Assembly (NCBI RefSeq): GCF_018350175.1
Contig: NC_058368.1
Span: 237,214,001 to 237,278,000, forward strand
Length of the DNA: 64,000 nucleotides
Reading direction: 5' to 3'
Source: Felis catus
Taxonomy: Eukaryota
The notes below the pieces were generated by a model. It was given only the letters and a program-made list of their open reading frames with translations, made no database searches and had not been told where the DNA came from. Numbering within the stretch: the stretch's first letter is position 1; each line of letters opens with the position of its first letter. Made by a program: the position numbers and the translations under genes. Below are positions 11,818-24,817 of this stretch, in pieces.

Positions 11818-12032
11818 GGGTGGCTCAGTCGGTTAAGAGTCTGAGTCTTGATTTCAGCTCGGGTCAGGATCAGGTCGGGGTCAGGGTCATAGGACGGAGC
11901 CCTGAGTCCCGCTGTCAGTGCAGGGCTTGCTTGGGATTCTCTCTCTCCATCTCTCTGCCCCTCCCCCGCTCGCCCTCACGCTCCCTCTCACTCTCTCTCT
12001 CTCAAAATAAATAAATAAGCATATTTAAAAAA
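11818..12032 (+). mobile_element. CAN-SINE, older and slightly 5'-truncated
   Basis: gggtggctcagtcggttaagagtctga ... CT tract ... caaaataaataaataa tail. Confidence 0.9.
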
Positions 12033-13057
12033 GTGAAAAGCAGGTTTATTCTCTTGCCCACAGCTCTAACTTGGAAATGACCTCGTCTGTCTGTTGCTTC
12101 CCTTACATGCATGTCTGATGGAAGCAGGATTGACATTGGCCAGGTCGGCGGTTCTTCACCCTGTCTGATATCAGCGTCACCCAGAAGTGCTTTTCAAAAC
12201 CTCCCGGGTCTTGGACCACAATTCAGAGGCCGTGGGGCGAGGCCTGGCCGGGACGTGCTGTTTCCCGGTTGCACAGAGGAACATGTCACGAGGGCCTCAC
12301 ACAACTGGTCTGGAGCCCAGCGAGGCGTCCACACCGCCTCCCCAGGACAGAAAGTCATTCATCCAGTTTGAAGGAGGTCGGTGTGGACGGACAGGGAGGT
12401 CTCTCCAGCGGGCTCTTGCCCTGATAAAGCTGTAATGTAGCCCCCGTGACCCTGCTCCCGGCCCCGCCACCAGACCCGGCTTGTGCAGCCTCTCCAGGGC
12501 CTCGGTGCCGGTCCCCAAGAAGACAAAGTGCATTCTAGGCTGACTGATGTGGTCCCTCCCTGCACCGAGGGGAATTCGCCCCATGCCAGCCCAGATACCA
12601 AGAAGATGGCAGGCACACCTCTGTGTTTCTGAAAGCTTTCTGTTTGAGAGTTTTAATGCATATTTACACATATATTTAAAATATTAATATTTAAAATGTA
12701 ATTAAAAGATTTAAACCCATTTTAATACTAAAGGGAGACAAACAGTAAAGCCCATATGAGGCGTTCAAGCTCTTAAGACAACGGTTGGTCAGTGGGATTC
12801 ATTAACGTTGGGAGCAATCCCCTTGTGCCTGGTTCGGGTCTTGGGGAGACCCGGGGGGCAGTGGTAGACAGTGTGGCCGGAGTTTGTCACATGTTCAGCA
12901 CGGGGGCTGGAGACGGTGGGGTGGGGGTGTCCATGCCGACGATGAAGAACCCGTGGCCGGCAGACCCCAGTGTGCTTCTCTGGGTGAGAAGCCCCCACCC
13001 TTGGGAGACAGGGTTGGTGGGGGGGGGTCCCCCAGGGCTGGGGCCTCTCATCCGGGA

Positions 13058-13245
13058 CAGCACTTCTCAGCCCCCTCACTACTGACCTTTGGGGCTGCTG
13101 TGGAGCTGTCCCGCACTTTGACAAATGTGGGAGGCTGTCCCTGGTCTCCCACGCTGCGCGGGGAACAGCCCCTTGCCCCAGCTGTGACTCCAGACCTTGT
13201 CGAGTGTCCATGGGTGGCAAAATCACCCCCAGTTGAGAACCACAC
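13058..13245 (-). mobile_element. MER20 DNA transposon
   Basis: Ends ggcaaaatcacccccagttgagaaccac (reverse complement of the MER20 5' end); starts cagcacttctcagcc..cactactgac. Confidence 0.85.
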
Positions 13246-14949
13246 GTCCCAGAAGACCACCCCTCTGCCTTCATCCCATGTGTGGCCAGCTGGTTGGGTA
13301 AGAGATTGGAGCCTCTCCCTTCCCCAGGGACGTTAGAGGCAGCCGATGCTCTCTGTTCTGTGGTCCTAAGCAAAGCCTAAGCAAAGTAAGGCCCCCAATT
13401 TCTGATTTCTACATCGGAAGGGAACAGGTGTCATTTGCCCACGTCGTCGACGTGAAGGATAGATAACCATTTGTCTACTGGTGGCTCTCTCGTGTTCTTC
13501 CTACCAGGAAGCAGCAAACTCACGCAAGCCTTATACTGACTTGTCACCAACCAGGGGGGCCCTCAATGGCACACTGCAAGGCAACCATCGGTGTGAGAGA
13601 AAGAATGTACCCCATGTACAGGTCCAGGCGAACGCTAAGTGGACGTAACTGAATGTATATCGTGTCACAGAAGGTCAGATGCTCGAAGGACACCTCACCC
13701 AGATGCCATCAGGGAGACAGAGAGACCACAGGGACAAAGAAGCCCAGAGGACAGCAGGCGACCCCTCCCGAGTCGGGCTCTGCACCAGCCCAGGGTCCAC
13801 TCCCACTTTACCCGTTTACCGATATCAGGGCCAAGGGGCTGTTTTCTGGAACAATTAACCAGGAGAAAGAGAGCACAAGATGTGAATTTAGACTTCTCAA
13901 AAATACAAAAAAAAAAAAAAAGTCAACAAATATCTAAATAAGGAGCTGAACTCTACTCATAATCACAGTCACATAAGTCACGATAACATCCAGACAGCCA
14001 CCCTCTGAGAAAAAAAGAAAAGGAAAAGGAATAAAATAGAAAAGGAATAAAAAGCTGTAAAACCTCCATCGTCAACCGGATTAGATAAAAAGACGGGCCC
14101 TTTTCTGCATGGCTGGTGGCAGGTGCGTGTGACACGGGGTCTCCGGCAGGGGGTTAGCGAGCAGCTCTCACAATTTAATTCTACCTACTTGGTGGCAGTA
14201 ATTCTATTAGAAATTTGCCCTGAAGTCATACAAAAAAACGCGGTTTCCTGAACTATTTTAATTTGATCATCTCGATTTCTTCCTTTTACTTTTAAAACGA
14301 ATTTAATTAAAGGCGAACCAAACCAGCTAAACAGCAAAGAGGATGGGAGGACTGCCTGATGGACGAAGACAGCCTCACCTGGGTATTTCCCAAAGTGGTT
14401 CCTCAGGGAACACCAACGGTGCAGGCAAAGGGAGCGCCAGAGGAAAAGGCAGCTGTGCTGAGCCTGCCCCTCACCCCCCCACTCCCCCACCCCCTCCCCC
14501 AGGCCAAGAAAGGGTGGGCCCCCTCCATCCTGAGCAAAGGGACCTCACCCTGAGGGTAGCGCGCCTTGCATTAAGGATGCGTGTTCCTTCCCCACTCCCA
14601 GCAAATGCCCGGATGCAAGGCCGCCCACAGACTTGAAGAAAGATTGCCCAGTGCGTGTGCTTCTCCTTGGCAGGGTGCACAGCTTAGCAACAGAACAGCG
14701 TTATGGCTGCTCATCTCTGCAAGCCCGACACCTGTACCCCCATTTGGCGGTGTGGACCTAAGCAAATAAACGCCTGCCTGCCGAGGGTCTAAGTGGTCTG
14801 GTCCACGCCTTGGGTCCGGCGGATCTGACCCTACCTCTGTGCTCTCTGTGCTCAGCCATTCTGTTTCTATAATGTATCTAATTGCTGTTTCCTGGAGAAG
14901 GGTGGAGCCCACGGCCAGCCAACCCGAGGGCCAGGCACTTCTGCCCCCT

Positions 14950-15560
14950 CTACGTTGAAATTAACTTTAAATTACATGTTGACTCCAGCCCTATGAAATT
15001 TAGCAAACAGTGCATTGCATTTAAATAAATTATAATAATCAAGCTCCAGTGTTTGAATTAAAGCTTTTTATTGCACGATTTGACTGAATACTGTAAAAAC
15101 CTCATTAATTTGTATGCCACTAATTTGTAATTTGTGATAAAGCACCGTGGGGGCAGGGAGAAGCCAGACCGAAGTTCCTCTTTACTCTGCAAATCTCTTT
15201 CATGAAAGTGCAAATCAGCACAGTAAACAAGGGTGCAGGGGGTCTGATTTGAAATACTTAAGAAAATAAACTTTTCAAATACCTTTTAGAAGCATCATTT
15301 ACATGCATACAATTTATATGCTAATTACAAATCATTCCGCTCTATTCACTAAAGTAATTCCCTTGAGAACCTCAGCTGGGCTTTTTCTTTTTCTTTCTTT
15401 CTCTGTTTTAGTTTTTTTTTTTTTTTTTTTTTTTTTGGCCTCAGTTAAGTTACTCTTACACTTGAAACTTACAAGATGTGTATGGCCAACAGGCTGTCTA
15501 GTTTACAGGGACTTTGTCTAATTAAATTAGTGAAATTTCACTGCAGCTCTTGCCAATTTT
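14950..15560. promoter_or_regulatory. AT-rich, non-repetitive homeodomain/POU-motif block (candidate conserved enhancer)
   Basis: Abrupt AT-rich island with many TAAT cores (cattaatt, ctaatt, gtaatt), octamer variant ATGCTAAT at 15318 overlapping TAATTA, and a FOX-type GTAAACA. No repeat similarity recognised. Confidence 0.5.
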
Positions 15561-15758
15561 CCTTTTTCTCCTGTATTCTCCTGTGATTCTAAAATGCTTC
15601 CGAGGTGGTTCTTCTTAAAGCAGAATTCTTAACAGAGGCGGTGGGACTCACTTGAGCAAGCTAGGGCAGGGGGCGGGGGAGGTGCGTTTAGATTCCTGGG
15701 CTCCTGTCATCATCCTAGGACTGGAAGTAGATTCTAGAAGCATGTTCTCCGTGTAGGG

Positions 15759-15782
15759 GTGTGTGTGTGTGTGTGTGTGTGT
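15759..15782 (+). repeat. (GT)12 microsatellite
   Basis: Direct reading. Confidence 0.95.
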
Positions 15783-16224
15783 TGGAGGACAGAGGTTGCT
15801 GTTCCTAAGAAAGTGCTTAGGGGAGAGTGACCCCCATCTCTAAAGGGATGAAACCCAATAAACTTGATAAATATAATGTGTATGTTATACAGGTAAGACA
15901 CTTGCCACCCGGGGCGCTTGTTTTAAAATCCCAAATCATTTACCATCTGAGATCACGACCCACTTGCACATCAAGGATTTCTCCCTCGGATCCAGGACTC
16001 TGATGGTGCCTGTGCCGGAAAAGTGGAATAAAATATTGAGGTCATCGCTGCACAAACAGACCTTCCGAGTGGAGCCTGAGCGACAGGGTGGAGGTCCGCT
16101 CTGCCTGTCCCACTGCCCTGCCCGCAAACTGACCATGACAAGCCCCCGTGTCCTGCGAGGCAGCGGGCGTGGGACGAGCGAGGCCCTCAGACGGGCCGGC
16201 TGTGCCGTGGAGACGCGGCCCTGA

Positions 16225-17030
16225 AGCAAAGTCAACTGATAAGCTCGCCTTTTCCCAATTTATTTACCTGACTAATTGGGTTACAAAATAAAATTAAGAT
16301 CAACAACAAATACCCTCTTTCAAGCCATGTAAATCACACCCTGCGTGTCTCCCGGTGTAAGTTGAGGTGGTAATGTAATTAGCTCTTAGACAGGGGCTGG
16401 AGTTCAGAGACGGTAGCACATGCCTTCGAATTCCAGTCTTACACAACATAATTATTCTTATGTGAAATATAATTAATGAAGAAAACGCCTCAGATGTGTG
16501 GGCTAGGAAGGCAAATAGAGCCACCCTTTATTGTGCCTTCAAGGTTAGAATTATTACAGCTCTTATAATTTTATTATAATTACCCATAATGAGACTCCAC
16601 ACATGTGATGTAGTCGATGCTTCTGACAATGGAACTTTGCGGAATGCCTCATTAAGTATTTTAGTGCATATTTATGTGGCCTTCGCTCCGCCTCCCGGCT
16701 CTGGTGGCAACCCAGCCCATGTAAAGGCATATGTACATATTTTAATAAAAAATACTACCATTAAAGATCATAAAATGATTACAATGAATAGATATTAAGA
16801 TGTCACAGCTGTATAAGCCAATCCTTTTATGTACTCCCATGCCGAATTGTTTTATGACCTATCATAAGCCTATTAAACTGCTGGTAATAAAGGATTGTAA
16901 TTAGTGATAAAACCTTGTTGCTTAGTGAGCCAAGACAGCCATCCTTACTTTGAATTTTATTGAAAGTAATCAAGACGAAACCTTCAGCAATGTCAAATAG
17001 CAGTGGAGAGCAAGGTTGCACTTTTACTGG
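16225..17030. promoter_or_regulatory. ~800 bp AT-rich block with HOX/CDX-type sites (candidate highly conserved enhancer)
   Basis: TCATAAAA 16768, TTTTATG 16825, TTTTATGAC 16850, GTAATAAA 16884, TAATTA at 16376 and 16898 among others. Complex sequence with sharp borders against GC-rich flanks. Confidence 0.55.
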
Positions 17031-20000
17031 GGACGGTCACATTTCACCTTCCATGGGGTCTCTCCTCCCTCTTCGTTTTGCTGGCTGACGAGTGTTTTTT
17101 GGAGTCTGCCTTTTGTCCTGTGTTATTTGGTTTGGAAACGCGAGGCACAGGAGGGAAGGCACGGAGGCACCGGGCGAGCCCAGGGAAGGGCAGGGCGGCC
17201 AGGCCGCGGTGGCTCTTGGGACGAGGCACGAAGGCCAGGCAAGGGCAGCCCGGGCACTGGGCCCAGCTTCCCGCAGCCAAGGCCCCTGCAAAGGAGACAC
17301 CCTCACAACTGCCCGCAGTGGGGCGATGGGGCGATGGGCCGGGGGAGGGGCGGCCCGTCCGGCGGGAGCCCGGCAGAGAACTCAACAAAACATGTGACCT
17401 TTTTGGCTCTCAAACCAAATTAACTTTTTTCCTAGTCATCCGTGGTTGAATGTGAACATCGCTTTGCAGAGGCACAAAGGGCCCCTTGCTAATCCGCAGG
17501 GCCACGCCCGGGCCTCCCCGCGTTTGTGCGTCCGCGGCCCTGAATACATTACTCTGTGCCACCGCTCTCGGGGCGCTGCTCCTTGGTCTGCTTTTGTGAG
17601 AGACAACGTTGCCAGCTACCTTCACGCACGCTTCCCGCAGCTTCCCGTCCACCTTCTGGGTCCAGCAATTTCATCAGGGGATAGGAGCCTGGAACGTGTG
17701 TTTGCAAATCCTTGCAAAGGCAGGGCGCACTTTTCTGCCCGGTTCCAAAGAGCACAGGCAAGAGCCAGGACCCAGGCAGGCGGAGGACAGCATGCCCCCC
17801 AGGCCGGAGCCCCAGGTCCTCAAAGGGCAGCCCCTGACCTCCTGGGACAGGGCTCTGCAGGGGATGGTGGGTCCCAGGGCCTCAAGCCTTCCTGCTAAGG
17901 GAAACCGGAGACCCTGGGTTTCAGTGACAACGATGGCCCAGCCCTGCACTGTGCCCCTGACCAAGCCGAGGACGTGCCCAAAGGCCAGGTGGAGGGTCTC
18001 TGGGTCTCTGCGTGCTAACTGGACTTTGCAGCCCACCGTGCTTGGCTTTCACGGCACTGAATTGAGCAACAGGGAAACTATAGTAACGGATAATCGGCTT
18101 CAAGTCAATGGAAACTATGTATCTCGGTGGGTAACAAAGCCAGGGCTAAAAAAAGAAAAACCCTAAAACCTGCTGGAGGCGCTCGGTGGGGGGAGGGGCC
18201 AGCAGGGCTCTGCCTGAAGTCCCGGGGGTGCTGAGCAACCCAGCCCCTCTCACCTCCACATTGCTCTGGAGGTGGGGGTGGGGTCTTAACGCACAGAAGC
18301 CAGGAGCAATGGTTGCGGGCCTGATAGATGCACAGATAGATGCTTGGTAATTAATCCAACACTAAACAAGAGATATGAGATTAGATGCACAGCATCAGGT
18401 GAGTATCCAGGCAGGAAACTAAGTGCCAGGGCATCCCCGTGTTGGACCCGGGGAGGGTGGAGCCCGGGCAGGGCCGACCCTTTCTATCGTGGATCTCCTC
18501 CTGACCCTCCTTCCAGCTCATCATGAACCCATCCCGGGGCCTGCTCACCCGCTCTGTGCGGCAGGCTGGGGGGGGGGGGCGGTTACACTTAGTGTCGTCG
18601 CAGGGAAATTATAAGGTGGACTGAGAGCCCGCGCCTCGTGCTCCCCGAGAGAGCCGTGTGGCCAAATGTCCCCTCACCGGACATCTGCGGGGGACAGCAG
18701 GGACGCAGGAGGCCGATGGCTTCCGCTAGCCAGTCAGAAAGACTGCTGTTCTATTTTATTTTTTTATCTTAAATGTATCCAGAGTTGGAGGGCTAAATAT
18801 GAAAGCTGTAGCAGTTGGTCAGGTTTGAAGCTACTGGAAGAAAGTTAAGCCCCTGCGTCGGCTGGCCCAGATACCCGCCATAAGCTGACAAGTAATTAAA
18901 CCAGCATATCTATAACAACTGTCATCTCTTATTTCTGTGCGACTTGGATGTAAACCAAAGGCAAGAAAGCCAAGAAAAAAAAAAAAAAGACTAGAGAAGA
19001 AGAGAAGCTTGGTCGTCCAGGGCCACCGCGGGCTGTCCTGCTAAACAGTTTAGCGGACCTGGGCATTTAGAGGCTTGTAGCCCAGATCAAAAGGGTCACT
19101 GCTCCTTTACCTTAACAGCGGGGAGAGAGCATCAAATAGGGTGTAAATTTGAGCTCTGCAGTTTTGAGGAAGCCGAGCGTGAAATGCATTCTAATTCTCC
19201 GATGTGGCCGGCACTGAGCCACTGAGCCGCCCTGCTGAGGTTCCTGCTGCATTTCCCACAAGCTGGGGGGACTCCCGGGGAGGCGCACAGCCCCCCCTCC
19301 CCCCCCTCCCCCCCCCCTGCCCCCACCAACCTGACCGCCAGGGACCCTCCCTGGGGCGGCTCCTCGGGGCTGACGCTTCATCGCTTCAGTCCAAACAGAA
19401 GCTTTTGCTCTCCCTCCCTCCCCCCCCCCCACCCAGACACAAGGTACATCTCTGGGGAGATCTCTGTACACGCGGGGGATCTTTTGCATCTGTGGGTGTC
19501 ACAGCTCCAGGATTCCAAGTGCCGTGGTGACCGACCTACCTTTCTGGGCCGGGGGCTGAAATGAATGGAACGCTCTGCTCTGCCAGTCTGAGCTGTTTTT
19601 GTGCACAGACCTCATTTGCGTGATGCATTTGAAAATGATGTTACGGGGACCCGTGACACTGAATTGAAATGGCTCCATGCTTTCCAAGATAAGCAGGCAA
19701 TTCCGTCCCCGTGCATCTTGGCCTTGTGAGGAGAAGAAGCTCCGGTCAAGAGCCTGGCTTTCAGGGGAAGAGGGCTCAGGGGTAGGTTCCATTCATAGAC
19801 ACACAATGACACTCTCCGTCATCACCGGCCTGCTGCTAGAACCCACTGTGTGGCACCTTTAGAGGGAAAACAAAAAGTGTCACGGATCGCTTTAGAACTC
19901 AGACGGTCCTGTTTGCAGGCGGATTTGAGATTTCTAAGGGGAAAATTTAAACATTTAAGATGCTCTATTTACGCTCCCTCCAGACCTTTGTAGACCACAC

Positions 20001-20199
20001 CCTCCCCCAAACATGGAGGAATTAGGAGCATGATTGTTAGGGCTCTCGCTGCAAAAATGACTGATGTTTTCCTTCCAAAACCTCTTAACACTTTCATAGG
20101 CTTCTCTGTCCAAATGGACTGTAAGCGTTGTTAATTTCCGAGTCTTCAAACTTGAAATTACTTGCCAATCTCGGAAACACAGACCCAATCCGGGGCCCA

Positions 20200-21560
20200 T
20201 CCACACACTCTGTTTGTTTTTCTCCTAATGAAAAGTGTGACAAGCAAATAATTAAACTGAAAAAGTGGGCATAAATTAGCGTCTGCAGTCACAGAACAGA
20301 TCGCCTTTTGAAGACTGCATTTGAAAAGATGTGCTCCAGGAGAGCACTTACTCCGGCCATTTAAATTATCTGGCTTAAACTGGATGCGTCTCTTCTGTAA
20401 GATGGTTTATCCCAGCGCATCAAATAGAATGTTTGATGTGCCCGGGCATAACAAATTATCTGGGTTGGATTTATTTCAGTGAATTCCCCTTCTCCTTCTG
20501 GTTTCAAGAGAGTAAGCCCCGGGTTTCTAAATATTATGAAAACAACCAGATCTGAGAGACATAATATCCACAACAAAGGAAAGCCAGTGACCAGCCCAGT
20601 TACATTGTCTTTTGAACAACAAGTCAATGCAGACAGAAGTAAATGACAGTTAATTACAAATTACATTCTGGTTGGGGCTGAGCAGGCCTCTTGCCTTGAA
20701 TAATGATCGGGCCCTCGGGCACTCACCTGCCTGCGAGCGACCGTAGGAGACACAGGCTGGGGTGCTATACAAGTTTCAAAACAAGATGCTAAACACAAAA
20801 GCTTATTGGATTACAGAGGTTTAGGAAAAGCATTCAGATCTCTCTCGGCAACTGCAGGCCGAGGGCGGAGGGATTTCTAGAAGGAAGGCTGCTCGCCGGC
20901 CCTTTGGGAAGGCCGGCCCCAGTCTCCATGGAGGGCCATCGCCCCTTGTTTGCTGAGGTTGGAGAGCCTGTCCCGCCTCAGGGAAGACGCCTTAAAACTC
21001 AGCCAACTAATGGAGAGAGGGGTAGATGCCGAGGAAGGTCCTTCAGACTCCGCAGTCAAAGGAATGCAACAATGTACTAAGAGTGTGTGTGTATTTTTCC
21101 TTAACCTGAAGAGAATTTTCACCACCCATCAGCAGATACTTTGATTTACTAATAATTTATTTCAGTTTAAACACTACGTGAATTTATCACATTCTAAGTC
21201 AAATTTGAAGTTAAGACAGTTGCAAAAAAAAATAACACAAAGTTGAAAATAATTAATGTCGGCGTTCCTGCATTGAAAAGACCTTGGCTTTTGTAATTCA
21301 CTAAAGCAATTTCTATTCATTTAGTTGAGCTAAATGCTTATTGTTAAAGACAAAAGCCCCAACAGTCTGACATTGAGCTCATTATGTATGTTAGAAACAC
21401 TGCAATCCAAGGCCACACCGCACGCAATAAAGGCAGAGACTGGGGGGGGGGGGGGGGGAGGGGGAGGGGCCAGGGATTAAAATGCAGACCACGCCGTTCT
21501 CCTCAATAACTTTCCATTTAGAGCTGATTAAAACTTCAAACCAAAGCTCATTGGCAACAT
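20200..21560. promoter_or_regulatory. Series of AT-rich TALE/homeodomain-motif blocks (candidate enhancers)
   Basis: TGACA next to TAATTA at 20238 and 20644; further TAATTAAT, CATTGT and CTGTCA motifs; no repeat similarity recognised. Confidence 0.4.
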
Positions 21561-23322
21561 CAGCAGAAGGACTTCTGTCGCTGTCATCAAGTGACGGGGC
21601 GAGCTGAACGGGGACCCCCTCGCTCAGACAGCTTGGCAGCCAGGAAGACCTCCTTCCAGCTGAGTCTCAAAACTGGGTACGATTTTAAAGGAAGTATAAA
21701 CAGACGCAGAACAGCGTCTCTTCTGGAAGCGCAGTGAGGTCTGGGAGGTAGATACACTGCGTGTTCTTAACCAGCACCCGCAACGTGTGCTCATGCACGT
21801 CCTGGGGGGGGGGCTTCCCTCTCCACGAGGAGGTCTCCCCCGCACCCCTGCGGGGCGCCCACATCTTGCCCACAAAGGCTCCGGCCACGAAGCCAGCAGC
21901 AGAAGGGGTGAGAAGCCCGGGGACCCACCACCTCCTCCAGGGAGGATGAAAAGTCCCCACCACACCCCTTCGCAGAAACAACGCCCCTGTTTCTTCCTTG
22001 AGCGGCTTCCTACCGCGGACGCAGGGTTTGCCTGCGAGCTTCTGGGAGACACAGGAGGACCGTGCGTCCGAAACCAGCACCTGACCCTCGTGCTCGGAGG
22101 CAGAACACAAGAGGCCCCTGCAGGCGCCTGTCCGGAAAAGGGGTGGGGATGGGGACCTCGTTAAGAGTCTGTGAAAAGGCTTCACCCTAGGTGTCTCCCC
22201 TCGTGGGGCCAAGTTGCACATGTGGCCATTTCCCATTAAAATGGGCAGGTGGTCTATTTCCAACCCAGGGGACTAGGAGGAGTTCATCCAGAGGACTCCT
22301 TTGAGACTCTCCAAGTACGACATCTTCCCAAACCCACCGGAAAGGACACCTGTGAGAGCCCTTCCCCTAAAACCAGGAGAAAAGCGGCTGCCTTCTCCGC
22401 CCGGGGGAGGGCAGCCCTCTTATCGGTGGCAGAGTGACGCTGAGTGGGCCGAGGGTGACACGGGCAATCCATCTTGTCATCAGCACAGCGAGGGGCCCAC
22501 GGCTCCTCCAGCTCCAGGAAGCAGCCCCCAGGCAGGGACACTTAACCCCAGTGAGCCTGAGTCCCTGCTGTGCCTCCCAACCACCCTGTCATGGCCGAGG
22601 TGCCTGTGGAATGACAGTAAATCTATTTGACCTACAGCCTACTGTCGTGACAAGCGCACCCCGGGCCTCCCTACAACACTATCAAACTGCATCATGATGG
22701 CAATGTAAGACAAGGCCTTTATTACATGCCTTGTGGAGCCACTGAGACGTCCTCGGCGGGACTGTGGCCCCGTGGAGGCAGGGCGGCCAAGGCCCCGTGC
22801 ACCTGCCCTGGGCCTTGCAGGGCGGCGGGCGCGCACGCGAGATTCGGACTTTTATTCGTTTATTTTTGCGGTTTTGGCTCAGTCGGAGGACTCTGATTTT
22901 TAAACCAGCCTCTGGCTCACAGGGTGCCTGCTCTCGGAAAGTCTGCAGGGCACGCGTGCTACAGAAACATGTCAGCGAATGCATGTAAATGCTCTAGTGA
23001 GTTCTAGAAACCTGGAGCGATTTTGCGGTTCAGTTCAGTTTGGTTTGTTTTTATTTGTGTTTTTGTTTTATCCATAACACATAATGGGGAGACACCAGGG
23101 CCGGGAGATGCCATCAGATGCCACGTGGAACTGTGCCACGTCAACTCGAAAACCTGAGTCACGCATTGGGGATGCTATTGTGAACTTGTACGATTTCAAG
23201 TGCCCGGTTGTGATCCCCAGCGACACACAGGATGACCTTTCTCTGGTCACTGTGCATAATGTCTACGTGTAACGTTTGCAATAGGAAGTAAACAAGTTTC
23301 CCTTGTAAGTTTTTCTAGATGA

Positions 23323-23333
23323 TGTGTGTGTGC

Positions 23334-23365
<32 letters not shown>
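23323..23365 (+). repeat. Interrupted (TG)n microsatellite
   Basis: Direct reading. Confidence 0.93.
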
Positions 23366-24395
23366 TTCCTTTCTTCCTTCCCTTTTGTTAAGTCACCCTA
23401 AGCTTTTCTTGGCTTAAAAAGAGAGAAAAAAAATCTAGTTGAATAGTAATATGGTCACTTCATGTATATGCAAGAAAAAGATCTTTTCACACCTTGATGA
23501 AATTAGCATATATTTAAATGCTAATGAACCGCCCGTGACTGGCTAAAAATACCAAGAGCTGCCTGCACACTCAGGGCTGTGTCCCCAGGAAACATCGGGG
23601 TCTAGAGGCGTGATTTTATTTCACCAGATGCTAAGGCTCCGTCCCAAACACGTGAACACGGCAGGATGACTGAAGTCTTCTTCGCGAGAAAGTTGTCTCA
23701 AAAATGGAAAACTCGGGGCCAAATGAAAACAGAAACTGTTTTCCTGTGTACATGGGCTCCCAGTGGGATCGCGGAAACTTGTTTCCACCCCCCTTTAGTT
23801 GTGACTGTAGAGCCGTTTGGCGCAGAAGCGGATTGATGAGTTCTCTGCATGGATATCTCATGGCATGGAAAATTAATTTAAAGGTTAATTCAGAGACACA
23901 CTTGAAGGGCTTTCTTTAAATGTGTCACTCTCCTGGGGGATCGGGAATAATTTTATGAGTCTCAGGTAAATGTGAGTATCAGAATGCGGTCACATCACCT
24001 GTTTGCTCCTGAGTCTCGACCGCAGGGTGAGCTGGCGGCTAAGCCTGGGCCACTGGCAGAGCCCCTTGTGCACCTGTTCGCTCGGGTTTTCGTGACAGAC
24101 TCTTAGTACCCCCCCCCCCCCCGGAGTCCCAACATCTTCTTTCACAACAGTCTCCCGAATAGACGGCTGGTCCACATCAACACACTCCTGAACGTCATTT
24201 CAGGATGTACGGCAGACCAACTCGCACGGGGGTCCTTCTCGAATAACTGGGTGTGGGCGGACGTCTTTCTGTGTGCCCTCTTCCTACCTAGCCCTTCCTT
24301 CCCCTCAAATTACCGGCTGAGCTCGCTCTCTGAGGGGCACCTGAACACACAACATGGAGCCCTTGACCATGAAATGGGGGCTGTTGGCTGTATTC

Positions 24396-24611
24396 TTTTT
24401 TTAAATTTTTTTAATGTTTATCTATTTTTGAGACAGAGACAGAGCATGAGCGGGGGAGGGGCAGGGAGAGAGGGAGACACAGAATCCCAAGCAGGCCCCA
24501 GGCTCCGAGCTGTCAGCTCAGAGCCCGACATGGGGCTCCAACTCACAGACCGTGAGATCATGACCTGAGCCGAAGTCGGAGGCTCATCCAACTGAGCCAC
24601 CCAGGCGCCCC
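24396..24611 (-). mobile_element. CAN-SINE
   Basis: Full body ending ccacccaggcgcccc; degenerate TSD gttggctgtatt / gttggctctgtt. Confidence 0.95.
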
Positions 24612-24817
24612 AGTTGGCTCTGTTTTAGGGCAAAAGTTGGAGCAAAAATGCTCAAAGGCCTGTAGGAAGAGACAACTTTTTATTTGGTTTGACCAACACT
24701 GTCCCTGTTTAGAAAATCAGGTTGAACTTTATAAACATGCGTATATTCACTTAAGTGGTCTACACAAGCCTCTTCCCAAACACGATGAGTGCAGTTTATT
24801 TCAAAAGGCAAAAACTT

